A DNA stretch of 64,000 nt. Origin: a virus (lineage: Duplodnaviria; Heunggongvirae; Uroviricota; Caudoviricetes). Under the pieces are notes generated by a model. That model saw only the letters and a list, made by a program, of their open reading frames with translations. It ran no database searches and was not told where the DNA came from. Positions within the stretch are counted from its first letter, which is position 1. Each line of letters begins with the position of its first letter. Positions 1 through 9,141 of the stretch are shown here, in pieces. The stretch spans positions 55,217 through 119,216 of the IMG/VR virus record IMGVR_UViG_3300047274_000273; one strand, given 5' to 3'. A program made the position numbers and the translations under genes.

Positions 1-345
1 TTTATCAAGCCCGATGTGGCTACCTACGTCATGGGACAGGCCTGCTCTATGGGATCATTCTTAGCTAATGCAGGAGCAGCAGGTAAGCGATTCATGCTGC
101 CTAATGCCCGTCACATGATCCATCAGCCATCGGGAGGCGCAAGAGGAATGGCATCAGATATCGAGATTTCCTATAAAGAGATCATGCATGTTAAAAAGCG
201 CCTTACGGAGTTGTATGTTAAACACAATACCAAAGGCAAGACCTACGAAGAGTTCGAAAGAGACATGGACCGTGACAAGTTCATGAGCGCAGAAGAAGCT
301 CTTGAATACGGACTCATTGACAAAATTATTGAGAAGCGACCATGA
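1..345 (+). CDS. clpP: ATP-dependent Clp protease proteolytic subunit ClpP, C-terminal part (5' end lies upstream of window)
   Basis: Frame-1 translation from nt 1 reads [21 protein letters not shown]...[17 protein letters not shown]...[13 protein letters not shown]. This matches the bacterial ClpP C-terminal half nearly residue for residue. Confidence 0.9.
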   Translation, partial: FIKPDVATYVMGQACSMGSFLANAGAAGKRFMLPNARHMIHQPSGGARGMASDIEISYKEIMHVKKRLTELYVKHNTKGKTYEEFERDMDRDKFMSAEEALEYGLIDKIIEKRP

Positions 346-743
346 CACAGAGATTAGAAGGTAAAGTAGACAAGGGTTGGGGATACGAGATCATTTGGGC
401 TACCAATGACAAATATGCAGGTAAGATCCTAGTATTTGAAAAGGTAGGTGCCAAGTTCAGTATGCATTTTCACAAAGAAAAAGACGAAACATGGTTCGTA
501 AATGCCGGCAGTTTCAAATTAATATATTGTGATACAAAAACAGCGACCTATCATGAAAAGATACTAAATGAAGGAGATGTTTGGAGAAATCCTCCTATGA
601 TGCCACATCAACTTATAGCTTTACAACCTAACTCAATGGTCTTTGAAGTTAGTACGCCCGATTCGGTAGAAGATAATTATCGAATTATTCCAGGAGATAG
701 TCAAAGTGCAACCAGCTCGCCAGAACAATCAACCAACACTTAG
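342..743 (+). CDS. cupin-fold protein (possible sugar-phosphate isomerase or epimerase)
   Basis: ATGA overlap with the clpP stop. Cupin motif G-x5-HxH-x3-E ([18 protein letters not shown]) and a second motif ([13 protein letters not shown]). Confidence 0.5.
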   Translation: MTQRLEGKVDKGWGYEIIWATNDKYAGKILVFEKVGAKFSMHFHKEKDETWFVNAGSFKLIYCDTKTATYHEKILNEGDVWRNPPMMPHQLIALQPNSMVFEVSTPDSVEDNYRIIPGDSQSATSSPEQSTNT

Positions 744-1320
744 TTGGATAGGGGGAGAATTCCGAACTAAGTGTGTTATAGGTTTAGATCGGGACGGAGT
801 GATCAACAAAGACCTTGGTACATACTGTTATAAACCTGAAGACTTTGAAGCCATAGAAGGCAGTATGGAAGCTGTTGCTACTCTGCGCAGGAAAGGTTAC
901 AAGATAGTTGTGATAACAGATCAGGGCGGTATTGAGAAAGGACTGTATACGATGGAAGATGTAGACAAAGTCCACGAGAAGATGTTTGAGATGCTGGGTC
1001 AGGCCGGTTGCTCTAGTATTGATGCTCTTTACTATTCTGCTAGTAGTCGCAAGGAAGATCCTTTTGCCAAACCTAACACGGGCATGTTCAAACGCTGCGA
1101 AAAAGAAAATCCCGATATCAAATTCAAAGAAGGGTACTATGTAGGCGACAAGATCAAAGATCTTAAAGCCGCAGTCAACATGGGAGCAAAACCTATCCTT
1201 GTTCGAACTGGCTACGGACTAGAAACAGAAAAAGAATTGAATAAGTTTACCTACAGAGATCTTAAGAGACGCACAAAGATCTATGATAATCTTGCGGCCT
1301 TTGTTGAAAGCCTACCATGA
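706..1320 (+). CDS. HAD-superfamily phosphatase, GmhB-like (D,D-heptose 1,7-bisphosphate phosphatase family)
   Basis: N-terminal HAD motif VIGLDRDGVINKD; family IIIA layout (VVITDQGGI, GDKIKDL). The only ATG is at 706, so it overlaps the cupin ORF by 38 nt in another frame. Confidence 0.6.
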   Translation: MQPARQNNQPTLSWIGGEFRTKCVIGLDRDGVINKDLGTYCYKPEDFEAIEGSMEAVATLRRKGYKIVVITDQGGIEKGLYTMEDVDKVHEKMFEMLGQAGCSSIDALYYSASSRKEDPFAKPNTGMFKRCEKENPDIKFKEGYYVGDKIKDLKAAVNMGAKPILVRTGYGLETEKELNKFTYRDLKRRTKIYDNLAAFVESLP

Positions 1321-1721
1321 AGAAAGTAATTGTAAATGGAACTTTTGATATCTTCCACCTCGGGCACCTTAGATTATTGCAATACGCAAGGTCAGTACCT
1401 GACTCTTATGTATATGTTCTCATAGACAGTGACCGTCGAGTTAAACAACTCAAAGGTAATGACAGGCCTATACACAGCGAATACGAACGTGCAAGTTTCT
1501 TAGCAGCATTAAGAGCAGTCGATAGGGTAGATATATTTGACACCGATGACGAACTAATAAACTACATTAAAAACTTTGCTCCAGATATCATGGTCAAGGG
1601 CAGCGACTATAAAGATAAACCTATCATTGGAGCAGAATACTGCAAGAAGATTATATTCTATGACAGACTGGAAAAATACTCAACCACAAACAAAATACAA
1701 GATATTATTAATAGGAGATAA
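1317..1721 (+). CDS. heptose 1-phosphate adenylyltransferase (HldE domain II / HldC-like cytidylyltransferase fold)
   Basis: NGTFDIFHLGHLRLLQYAR (HxGH nucleotidyltransferase motif); RVKQLKGNDRP, VKGSDYK, STTNKIQDI. These align with the RfaE/HldE C-terminal domain. Confidence 0.75.
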   Translation: MKKVIVNGTFDIFHLGHLRLLQYARSVPDSYVYVLIDSDRRVKQLKGNDRPIHSEYERASFLAALRAVDRVDIFDTDDELINYIKNFAPDIMVKGSDYKDKPIIGAEYCKKIIFYDRLEKYSTTNKIQDIINRR

Positions 1722-2421
1722 CTGCGAAGATGTGTACCAATACGGCACTGTAGATCGCATATCACCCGAAGCACCTGTGCCGGTGTTTAAGTTTAGTCAC
1801 GAAGAACGTCGACCCGGTATGGCCGGTAACGTGGCTCGTAATCTAGAAGCACTAGGCTGTGAAGTTAATTACCTCCACGGCGAAACTTCGATCAAAACTA
1901 GATTAATTGATCGACGAAGCAAACAACATATTGTTAGAATCGACAATGATGTTACATCGAAGCCGATCGTCTTTGAAACAGAGATACCTAAAGCCTACGA
2001 CGCTATTGTCATCAGCGACTACAACAAAGGCACAGTTTCCTACGATATCATCGAGGAAGCCATCGCTACTAGAATTCCGGTATTCATAGATACTAAGAAG
2101 CCTGACCTCGAACACATGCAGGGTGCGTGGGTGAAGATCAACGAATTAGAATATAGTAAGATTAAATCAGAATGTTCTGGATTGATCGTTACACAGGGAT
2201 CGAAAGGTGCTCGTGCTGTACATCATGACCTTGAATTGCCTGCACCCAAGGTAGAAGTAGCGGATGTCACAGGTGCAGGTGATACATTTCTCGCAGCATT
2301 TGCCGTAGAGTTCATTAGACATAAAGATCTACGATCTGCCATGGAGTATGCTATACGAGCAGCTAGTATCACGGTACAGCACTTTGGTGTATACGCACCC
2401 ACAACTGAGGAACTTAAATGA
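1660..2421 (+). CDS. D-glycero-beta-D-manno-heptose 7-phosphate kinase (HldE domain I / HldA-like, PfkB family)
   Basis: KILLIGDNCEDVYQYGTVDRISPEAPVPV matches the HldE kinase N-terminus. C-terminal DVTGAGDTFLAAFA is the ribokinase-family anion-hole motif. Start taken at ATG 1660, giving a 62-nt overlap with the upstream gene. Confidence 0.75.
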   Translation: MTDWKNTQPQTKYKILLIGDNCEDVYQYGTVDRISPEAPVPVFKFSHEERRPGMAGNVARNLEALGCEVNYLHGETSIKTRLIDRRSKQHIVRIDNDVTSKPIVFETEIPKAYDAIVISDYNKGTVSYDIIEEAIATRIPVFIDTKKPDLEHMQGAWVKINELEYSKIKSECSGLIVTQGSKGARAVHHDLELPAPKVEVADVTGAGDTFLAAFAVEFIRHKDLRSAMEYAIRAASITVQHFGVYAPTTEELK

Positions 2422-3281
2422 TAGTCTTAACTGGAGCAGGTGGTTTTATTGGTAGTGTGATGTTGGGCTACCTCAACAAACAGGGCCGAGATGACGTTGT
2501 AATTTTCGATGATCTACCGCAGTCCAATCAATTTCAAAATCTAGTTGGCAAGAAGTACACTAACCTCTATAGGACACAGGATACCCCTGATCTAGATAAC
2601 ATAGAATGTGTGATACATCTAGGAGCCAACAGCAATACCCTAGAAAAAGATTGGAGTAGTATCTATAAGACCAACGTAGAATCTACTAGACTTTGGAATG
2701 CATTTTGTCTAGAACGTAACATTCCACTGATCTTTGCATCGTCTGCGGCGGTCTATGGTAATGGTCACGGTCCGATGAACCAATATGCATTTTCTAAACA
2801 TGTCAGTGAAAACGAAATCACTGCGGTGCGTCTTAGGCTGTTCAACGTCTACGGTCCAAACGAGCATCACAAAGGAGTCATGGCCAGTACAATCTACCAT
2901 TGGTATCAGCAGTTACAGTCGTCATCTAATATCAGGATCTTCCAAAATAGTAGACAGTACTTTAGAGATTTTATCTGGGTCGAAGATGTCTGTAAAACTA
3001 TCTATTATTTCATGACTAATTATCAGCCAGGCATCTACGATCTAGGCACAGGGAAACCCCGAGACTTTGAGTCTGTGGCTGATTTGGTCTTAAAGACAGT
3101 TGGACGTGGCGGAAAAACGTTTGTAGACATGTCTGAAGATCTCAAGGCACAGTACCAGACCTACACACGGGCTAACACAGATAGACTAGTTGAAGCAGGC
3201 GTACAGGTTCAAGAGTTCTTGGGCATAGAAGATGGTATTCCTCTATATATAGATTATCTCAAGAATGATTCTTACTATTAA
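2418..3281 (+). CDS. hldD: ADP-L-glycero-D-manno-heptose 6-epimerase-like NAD-dependent epimerase (HldD/RfaD family)
   Basis: [13 protein letters not shown] Rossmann start, short-chain epimerase layout, length 287 aa. Follows the HldE-like genes. Confidence 0.65.
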   Translation: MIVLTGAGGFIGSVMLGYLNKQGRDDVVIFDDLPQSNQFQNLVGKKYTNLYRTQDTPDLDNIECVIHLGANSNTLEKDWSSIYKTNVESTRLWNAFCLERNIPLIFASSAAVYGNGHGPMNQYAFSKHVSENEITAVRLRLFNVYGPNEHHKGVMASTIYHWYQQLQSSSNIRIFQNSRQYFRDFIWVEDVCKTIYYFMTNYQPGIYDLGTGKPRDFESVADLVLKTVGRGGKTFVDMSEDLKAQYQTYTRANTDRLVEAGVQVQEFLGIEDGIPLYIDYLKNDSYY

Positions 3282-4465
3282 AATATCTGCTTGAGTGCAG
3301 ATACTAGGTCGCTCATCATGGCATCGTCATGATAGGGAGTAGGAGCGAATCTTAGTCTTTCGGTGCCTACCGCCACAGTTGGATAATTTATAGGCTGTAC
3401 ATAGATATTATAATCTGCCAGTAGTTGATCGCTCATGGCCTTGCATTTTTTAGCTTCCCCTACTAGTACAGGAACGATATGAGTAGTGCTGTCCATGACA
3501 GGTAGATCATTCTCTTTCAGCAGTTGTTTGAGCTTGGTAGCCCGCTCTTGATGGCGAACACGTATCTCGTTGTGATCTTTCAGCCATTTGACCGCAGCCA
3601 ATGCTCCTGCACAGGCCACAGGACTCATTGAAGTGGTAAAGATAAAACCAGCAGCTACCGAACGGATAGCATCAACGACATCTGCATCGGCAGCAATATA
3701 GCCACCTTGGACTCCAAAGGCCTTGCCTAGGGTACCATTGATTATATCAATCCTAGACTCTAGTCCGAGTTCTTCTACTTTTCCACCTCCGTGGGTTCCA
3801 TAGAGCCCTACCGCATGTACTTCGTCGATATAGGTAATGGCCTGATACTTGTCTGCGAGATCGCAGATATCTCGTATAGGTGATACATCACCGTCCATTG
3901 AGTAAACTGATTCAAATACTATACAGGGTGTATAGCCTGCGAGCTTTGAGGCTGCGAGTTTATCTTCTAGATCGTTTAGGTCATTGTGTTTGAAAACCTG
4001 TTTGGGGGCCTTAGAATGTTGTATGCCAACGATAAGGCTGTTGTGATTCTTACTGTCGCTGATAAATTGGATGTTATCAATGATCTTGCTCAGGGCAATG
4101 ATAGTCCACTCATTGGCCACATACGCAGAGCTGAACAGTAGAGCCTTGCTCTTATTGTGCAGCATGGCCAGTTCGTGTTCTAGGGCCACATGATAATGGC
4201 TGGTCCCCCCAATGTTACGAGTACCGCCCGAACCCGCGCCTGTTTGATCTAAGGCAGTGTGCATGGCATCTAGAACCACTTTGTGCTGCCCCATGCCTAG
4301 ATAGTCGTTGGAGCACCAATTAACTATAGTTTTAATGTTATAGGGACCGTACCAAATAGCACGAGGAAACTTGCCCGCTTCGCGAACGATGTCGTTAAAC
4401 ACGCGATATTTGCCCGTGTCTTTGAGATCTAGTATGAGTTTTTTAAAGGGTTCTTTGTTTATCAT
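3278..4465 (-). CDS. hemA: 5-aminolevulinate synthase (alpha-oxoamine synthase family, PLP-dependent)
   Basis: [63 protein letters not shown]. Alignable almost end to end with Rhodobacter-type ALAS. Confidence 0.8.
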   Translation of the reverse strand: MINKEPFKKLILDLKDTGKYRVFNDIVREAGKFPRAIWYGPYNIKTIVNWCSNDYLGMGQHKVVLDAMHTALDQTGAGSGGTRNIGGTSHYHVALEHELAMLHNKSKALLFSSAYVANEWTIIALSKIIDNIQFISDSKNHNSLIVGIQHSKAPKQVFKHNDLNDLEDKLAASKLAGYTPCIVFESVYSMDGDVSPIRDICDLADKYQAITYIDEVHAVGLYGTHGGGKVEELGLESRIDIINGTLGKAFGVQGGYIAADADVVDAIRSVAAGFIFTTSMSPVACAGALAAVKWLKDHNEIRVRHQERATKLKQLLKENDLPVMDSTTHIVPVLVGEAKKCKAMSDQLLADYNIYVQPINYPTVAVGTERLRFAPTPYHDDAMMSDLVSALKQIF

Positions 4466-4506
4466 AATCGTATTTAAGCCGATAAATATAGGATAAGGAA
4501 AGAGCC

Positions 4507-4746
4507 ATGGCAGATATTGTTAAATTAGATGTTCCCCTTTTTATTAGGTTACTCGAGCTTGCTAGAGAAGAAATCAAGGACGATGCAGACATCCACGATG
4601 TGGCAGAAATCGTTATCAAGATGAGCAAGGCAGGCCCGGTAACTATGGCCAACTACGATGCCATAGTTGAATTTATGAAAAAACAGGGCAGCGATTCCTC
4701 AGACAACGAATTGTCTAGGATTAAAAAATTAGGCGGTGTAGAATGA
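4507..4746 (+). CDS. hypothetical small acidic protein
   Basis: ORF with SD aaggaaagag upstream; no recognisable motif. Confidence 0.35.
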   Translation: MADIVKLDVPLFIRLLELAREEIKDDADIHDVAEIVIKMSKAGPVTMANYDAIVEFMKKQGSDSSDNELSRIKKLGGVE

Positions 4747-5033
4747 GAGTCACTGAGATCATACGGGGAATACTGGATATCATCGATGGAAAAAATATTC
4801 CACGTCCCGACCAAGAAGTTCCCAACGAACAGTTCTACGATGACGATGTTCGCAGGTTTCGTCAGATCGTAGATCTAAAAGATCAAGGTAATGCCACAGA
4901 ATATTCAAATACTCCCAAAGAAGAATATGCAGGTATTGAAGCAGTTACTACAGCAGCCGGCGGTGGCCCTAACAAACCTAAGCACATAGACGATATTCGA
5001 GGCGACAGTATTAGAGTACACGGAGGTAATTGA
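4743..5033 (+). CDS. hypothetical protein
   Basis: ATGA overlap with the upstream ORF. Confidence 0.35.
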   Translation: MRVTEIIRGILDIIDGKNIPRPDQEVPNEQFYDDDVRRFRQIVDLKDQGNATEYSNTPKEEYAGIEAVTTAAGGGPNKPKHIDDIRGDSIRVHGGN

Positions 5034-5034
5034 A

Positions 5035-5259
5035 ATGTCAGCAAACGGGATTTCAACTTTAGCAAATAAAAAATTAAGACAGGAAGCTAAACTTGCCTTA
5101 GCAGGACAAGATCGTGCAGATCAGAATGTTATCGAACCTGGAAGATACGCAGATACTACGGCAGACATTTCTCAGTTACCTACAAAATACAAAGCAGACA
5201 ACACTGTAGAAGACAATCCAAATGTAGGCGGACTACTACAAAGTCGGCCTTGGGCTTAA
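5035..5259 (+). CDS. hypothetical protein
   Basis: Tightly packed in the same operon. Confidence 0.3.
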   Translation: MSANGISTLANKKLRQEAKLALAGQDRADQNVIEPGRYADTTADISQLPTKYKADNTVEDNPNVGGLLQSRPWA

Positions 5260-5262
5260 TAT

Positions 5263-6597
5263 ATGGCTGAACGTAATCAAAGCAATACCACAAACTACGA
5301 GCATCCTCAGGAGAGTAATCTTCTAAACGTCCATAAGGCTATGGAGTACAATGCTTTAGGGCAACCTGTGCTTCGTACCACACTTAAGGTAGGACAGACA
5401 GATGCGTTTGGTCGTATTCGTATGTCTAGTCCGTTTACCTTAGGTGACTACAAACACTTATATGGATTAGATCCAAACTTTATTGACTATGCAGTTAACG
5501 GTGGTACAGTAGCATTTCAACCTAACAAAGCCTGTGCTAGACTAACAACCTCAAACGATCCTAGCAGTCGAGTAGTGCATCAGACTAAATTCTATCATCA
5601 CTACATGCCAGGCAAGAGTCAACAGATATTAAGTAGTTTTAACTTTTATGCGGCTACACCTAACGTAACTAAGCGTACAGGTTACTTTGACGACAACAAT
5701 GGTATCTACTTTGAACAAGCAGGCGACGGCACTCTATCGTGGGTTATACGCAGTTATACAACTGGAGCACCACAAGAAGTTCGCAAAACACAATCGCAGT
5801 GGAATATTGATCAGTGTAACGGACAAGGCGGCAGTCTGTTTAACTTAGACATAACTAAAACACAACTATCATTTATAGAGTTTCAATGGTTAGGTGTGGG
5901 TTCAGTTACTGTAGGATTTGTACACGAAGGTGCATTTATTCCCTGTCACATATTCCATCACTCTAATGATTTGTCTACTGTGTATATGAGTACACCTAAC
6001 TTGCCTGTACGCTGTGAAATTGTAAACACAGGCGAAACCACAGGTGCTTACTTTGATCAGATATGTTCAACTGTGGCTAGTGAAGGGGGATATGTAGAAG
6101 CAGGTATTGATTGGGCCGTAACTAGTCCTACATTAAAAACGATTGCCTCTGGCGCTACTTTGCCTATCATAGCTATTAGATTGAAAACAGCATTTAGAAC
6201 CTATGCCAATCGTATGATTGTACGCATGGGTAATCTTAAGATGTTTAGTGATGGCGACAGTATCAAGTGGCGTTTGCTAAAACTACCAGACAGTACCTAT
6301 CTCAACGATACCAATTGGGTTGATGTAGATGATGACAGTGGTGTTCAGTATAACGTAGATGCTACTACCTGGACCGACGGTGATGAACTGGACAACGGAT
6401 GGGTTGGTGCTAGTACACAAGGTAGTCAAAAAGCAGGCGGTGCGCCAGCATCTAACCTGCCCAGTGAAGCTAAGAAAAACTACATTGTACAAAACTATGA
6501 CAGTACTAATAGTGAAATCTATTTGGTAGTAGCAACTAATATTGGAGCACAGAGCACCAACGTAGGTGCGGGACTACAGTGGCGGGAGATTTATTAA
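5263..6597 (+). CDS. hypothetical beta-rich 444-aa protein (possibly virion-associated)
   Basis: Long ORF, Gly/Thr/Asn-rich beta-strand-like composition; no catalytic motifs recognised. Confidence 0.4.
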   Translation: MAERNQSNTTNYEHPQESNLLNVHKAMEYNALGQPVLRTTLKVGQTDAFGRIRMSSPFTLGDYKHLYGLDPNFIDYAVNGGTVAFQPNKACARLTTSNDPSSRVVHQTKFYHHYMPGKSQQILSSFNFYAATPNVTKRTGYFDDNNGIYFEQAGDGTLSWVIRSYTTGAPQEVRKTQSQWNIDQCNGQGGSLFNLDITKTQLSFIEFQWLGVGSVTVGFVHEGAFIPCHIFHHSNDLSTVYMSTPNLPVRCEIVNTGETTGAYFDQICSTVASEGGYVEAGIDWAVTSPTLKTIASGATLPIIAIRLKTAFRTYANRMIVRMGNLKMFSDGDSIKWRLLKLPDSTYLNDTNWVDVDDDSGVQYNVDATTWTDGDELDNGWVGASTQGSQKAGGAPASNLPSEAKKNYIVQNYDSTNSEIYLVVATNIGAQSTNVGAGLQWREIY

Positions 6598-7019
6598 TGT
6601 ATCGAAAGTATATCAAAATAGTAGAAGCAGCCAACAAAGGCTGTCCTATAGCGACCTATGACATCGATGTTAATCTAAAGAATCGTCAAAAAGCCATAGA
6701 TGAATATCACTACGGTCCTGCCAATCCCGAAGCACCAGAAAGTTATTGGAAAGATGCTGCCCGCCGTTGGGGTATTACAGAAAAGACTGCTAAGACTATG
6801 AAGTGCGGTAATTGTGCGGCCTTTGATGTTTCAGATAAGATGTGGTCTTGTATCGAGGACGGTATCAAAGGCGACAGCAAAGAAACAGATGCTATGGCCA
6901 CAATATACAAGGCAGATTTGGGCTATTGTAACTTTTTACATTTCAAATGCGCAGGCGATCGAAGTTGTACAGCGTGGGTCACAGGCGGCGCCATAGATAA
7001 CAAAGACCGAACACAATAA
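6579..7019 (+). CDS. hypothetical Cys-containing protein
   Basis: ORF only (KCGNCAAFD, CNFLHFKCAGDRSC). Confidence 0.35.
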   Translation: MAGDLLMYRKYIKIVEAANKGCPIATYDIDVNLKNRQKAIDEYHYGPANPEAPESYWKDAARRWGITEKTAKTMKCGNCAAFDVSDKMWSCIEDGIKGDSKETDAMATIYKADLGYCNFLHFKCAGDRSCTAWVTGGAIDNKDRTQ

Positions 7020-7029
7020 GGAGCGTATT

Positions 7030-7185
7030 ATGGAAAATTTTATAGACGGCGACGATACATATAAAAGATTAAAACTAGAATGCCAGTGCTGGCATACGCA
7101 ACACTGCGGGCATTCTTGTACAGATTCAGAATGCGATTGTAATGAATGTGTCTGTCCGGCATGTATAACTGAAACAGAGAAATAA
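7030..7185 (+). CDS. small Cys-rich protein (51 aa)
   Basis: MENFIDGDDTYKRLKLECQCWHTQHCGHSCTDSECDCNECVCPACITETEK: 10 Cys in 51 aa, below the ORF-track cutoff. Confidence 0.3.
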   Translation: MENFIDGDDTYKRLKLECQCWHTQHCGHSCTDSECDCNECVCPACITETEK

Positions 7186-7187
7186 AA

Positions 7188-7811
7188 ATGTTTCGTAGAC
7201 ATGATGTAACTCTCATGTCAAATCCTAGTTGTAGCAGAGCTGTTGATAATCTAGAAGATCGAGATTTTCGGTATTACGACAAAGACGGATTTGAGCTCAA
7301 TCAAGCAGAGCAGAAGTTTTACTCTGCTATGAGTTATCCTATCCAGTATCCCTGTCTCAATCATACCTGTTGGCAGGAGCCCTGGTTCGAACTAGAAAAG
7401 GGAGTTGATAACTTAATACTAGATCATTCTCTGTTCTTGTGTAGATGTGACTATGATAAAGAAGCCTTAGATCAATTACAGCAGATAAAAAATACTTTCC
7501 CCTTGGCTGACCTATTAATGCGTACAAAACGCAAGTGGGGATTTGATTTTTCATTAGATGCTGTGTCGAGAGAAGGCACAGTCTACGAAGTACTACATAT
7601 AGAGTACGATAACTATGACTACGAAAATTTTAAAAATCGTATGATTAATTTTGAGTGGATCGTCCGCCACACAGATTGGTCAGATGCTGCTCGACGTATA
7701 TGGGCAGAAAGAGAATCTTGGCAGCATCTGCACGGTTTTGATCAGAATAATTGGAAAGCTGAATATCTCTTAGGTTGGAAAAAGGCCGAGTATACTGAAA
7801 AGACCGTATAA
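7188..7811 (+). CDS. hypothetical protein
   Basis: ORF only. Confidence 0.35.
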   Translation: MFRRHDVTLMSNPSCSRAVDNLEDRDFRYYDKDGFELNQAEQKFYSAMSYPIQYPCLNHTCWQEPWFELEKGVDNLILDHSLFLCRCDYDKEALDQLQQIKNTFPLADLLMRTKRKWGFDFSLDAVSREGTVYEVLHIEYDNYDYENFKNRMINFEWIVRHTDWSDAARRIWAERESWQHLHGFDQNNWKAEYLLGWKKAEYTEKTV

Positions 7812-7838
7812 ATATAGTATCTTATTTGGATTCCTTAC

Positions 7839-8273
7839 ATGAAAAAACTGCTACTATTATTACTTGCTGTGCCTGCACTAGTATTCGCACAGAAAGCCCC
7901 ACAGGGTGTGACCTACGATGCTAAAATTCTTCGCGTGAGCGATGGCGATACGGTGGTGATCGCAGCTCCCTTTCTACCCGCACCCCTTAAGCCAGAACTC
8001 GCGATCAGAATTTATGGAGTTGACACTCCAGAAAAAGGACACAGAGCCCAATGTCCGAGTGAAAATCAACGAGGACAAGCTGCTTCTGCCTTTACCAAAA
8101 ACGCAGTCGCCACTACTCAAAAACATCAGGTCACGTTATACGGATGGGATAAGTTCGGTGGTCGTGTATTGGGAGATATCATTTTAAATGGTGTCAGTTT
8201 AAGAGCCGAGTTGATACGCAACGGATTCGCCCGCGAGTATTTCGGCGAAGCAAAGCAATCTTGGTGTAATTAA
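7839..8273 (+). CDS. secreted thermonuclease (staphylococcal nuclease / SNase-like)
   Basis: Signal peptide MKKLLLLLLAVPALVFA; LRVSDGDTVV...IRIYGVDTPEK...WDKFGGRVLGDI, the SNase-fold motifs. Confidence 0.7.
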   Translation: MKKLLLLLLAVPALVFAQKAPQGVTYDAKILRVSDGDTVVIAAPFLPAPLKPELAIRIYGVDTPEKGHRAQCPSENQRGQAASAFTKNAVATTQKHQVTLYGWDKFGGRVLGDIILNGVSLRAELIRNGFAREYFGEAKQSWCN

Positions 8274-8274
8274 A

Positions 8275-9141
8275 ATGCAGACAAAGAACTATCAAATCTT
8301 TGCACAACTTCTAGAAGGGTATGTTGACGAAGCGTCAACCTCCTTGAATCTAATCACAGATAGTCCTGGAGGCAAAGAAGTGGTTATGGCTCTGCACAAA
8401 GACATGCAGTTAGCGCACGATCAAGATTATCGTCAAGTAGATAAGATATCTTGGTCGGAACTCAAAGGCAGCTACAGAGGTGCATGGGTTATTATCAAAG
8501 GCAGCAAAGGTACAGGCGCTATCAAATCTAGAAACGATAACTACGACGCTGTGGCCAGCTCCGGCGGTCCTATACAAACTACCACTGATAGTAGAGGTGG
8601 TAATATTTTAGATTTTCTTAAAGGCGAGATTGGTAAACTACAAAAGTTTTATGTAGGAAAGAATACCACCGCAGTGGCTGACAAGCGTAAGAAACGCAGT
8701 GATAATGCAGCCGGTGCTAGTAACGAAGTCACTGTGGATACACTGACTAAAAAATTCAAACCTCTATGGGTACGAGCCATCACTGCCGCCATAGCAGATA
8801 TCAAAGGACATATCGCTAATCAGATCAAGAACGATGCCTTTGATAAAGCAGAAAAGAAACTTAGCCAAGTTAGAAATCTGCAGAATGCCATAGAAAGCCT
8901 AGAAGCAGGTTCTTCAGATGTACCAGGGTCTGTTGCCACAGCTATCAATACCGCGGTACTGATGGCAGCAAGTCACCATTATCCTGAACAGACAGGGAAT
9001 ATCACACGCGGTTATAATCGAGGCTTCACAGCACAGTTTCCGGAAGGAGCCAGGCAACTGTTACAAGACATTGCCGGTGGCGATCAAAAGAAACTAGGTA
9101 CAGTTCTTGGATTCTTCAAAAGGACTTTGATATCAGGATGA
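8275..9141 (+). CDS. hypothetical protein
   Basis: ORF only. Confidence 0.35.
   Translation: MQTKNYQIFAQLLEGYVDEASTSLNLITDSPGGKEVVMALHKDMQLAHDQDYRQVDKISWSELKGSYRGAWVIIKGSKGTGAIKSRNDNYDAVASSGGPIQTTTDSRGGNILDFLKGEIGKLQKFYVGKNTTAVADKRKKRSDNAAGASNEVTVDTLTKKFKPLWVRAITAAIADIKGHIANQIKNDAFDKAEKKLSQVRNLQNAIESLEAGSSDVPGSVATAINTAVLMAASHHYPEQTGNITRGYNRGFTAQFPEGARQLLQDIAGGDQKKLGTVLGFFKRTLISG

Noticed and set aside
1576-1659. Upstream extension of the heptose kinase ORF (track start 1576)
   Set aside because: This is the +1 frame of the adenylyltransferase gene; the conserved kinase N-terminus begins at ATG 1660. A +1 frameshift fusion is kept only as a possibility in the findings.
342-3281. SIS-domain GmhA gene to complete the heptose pathway
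   Set aside because: No SIS-like ORF in or near the cassette; the cupin is proposed as a substitute, without proof.
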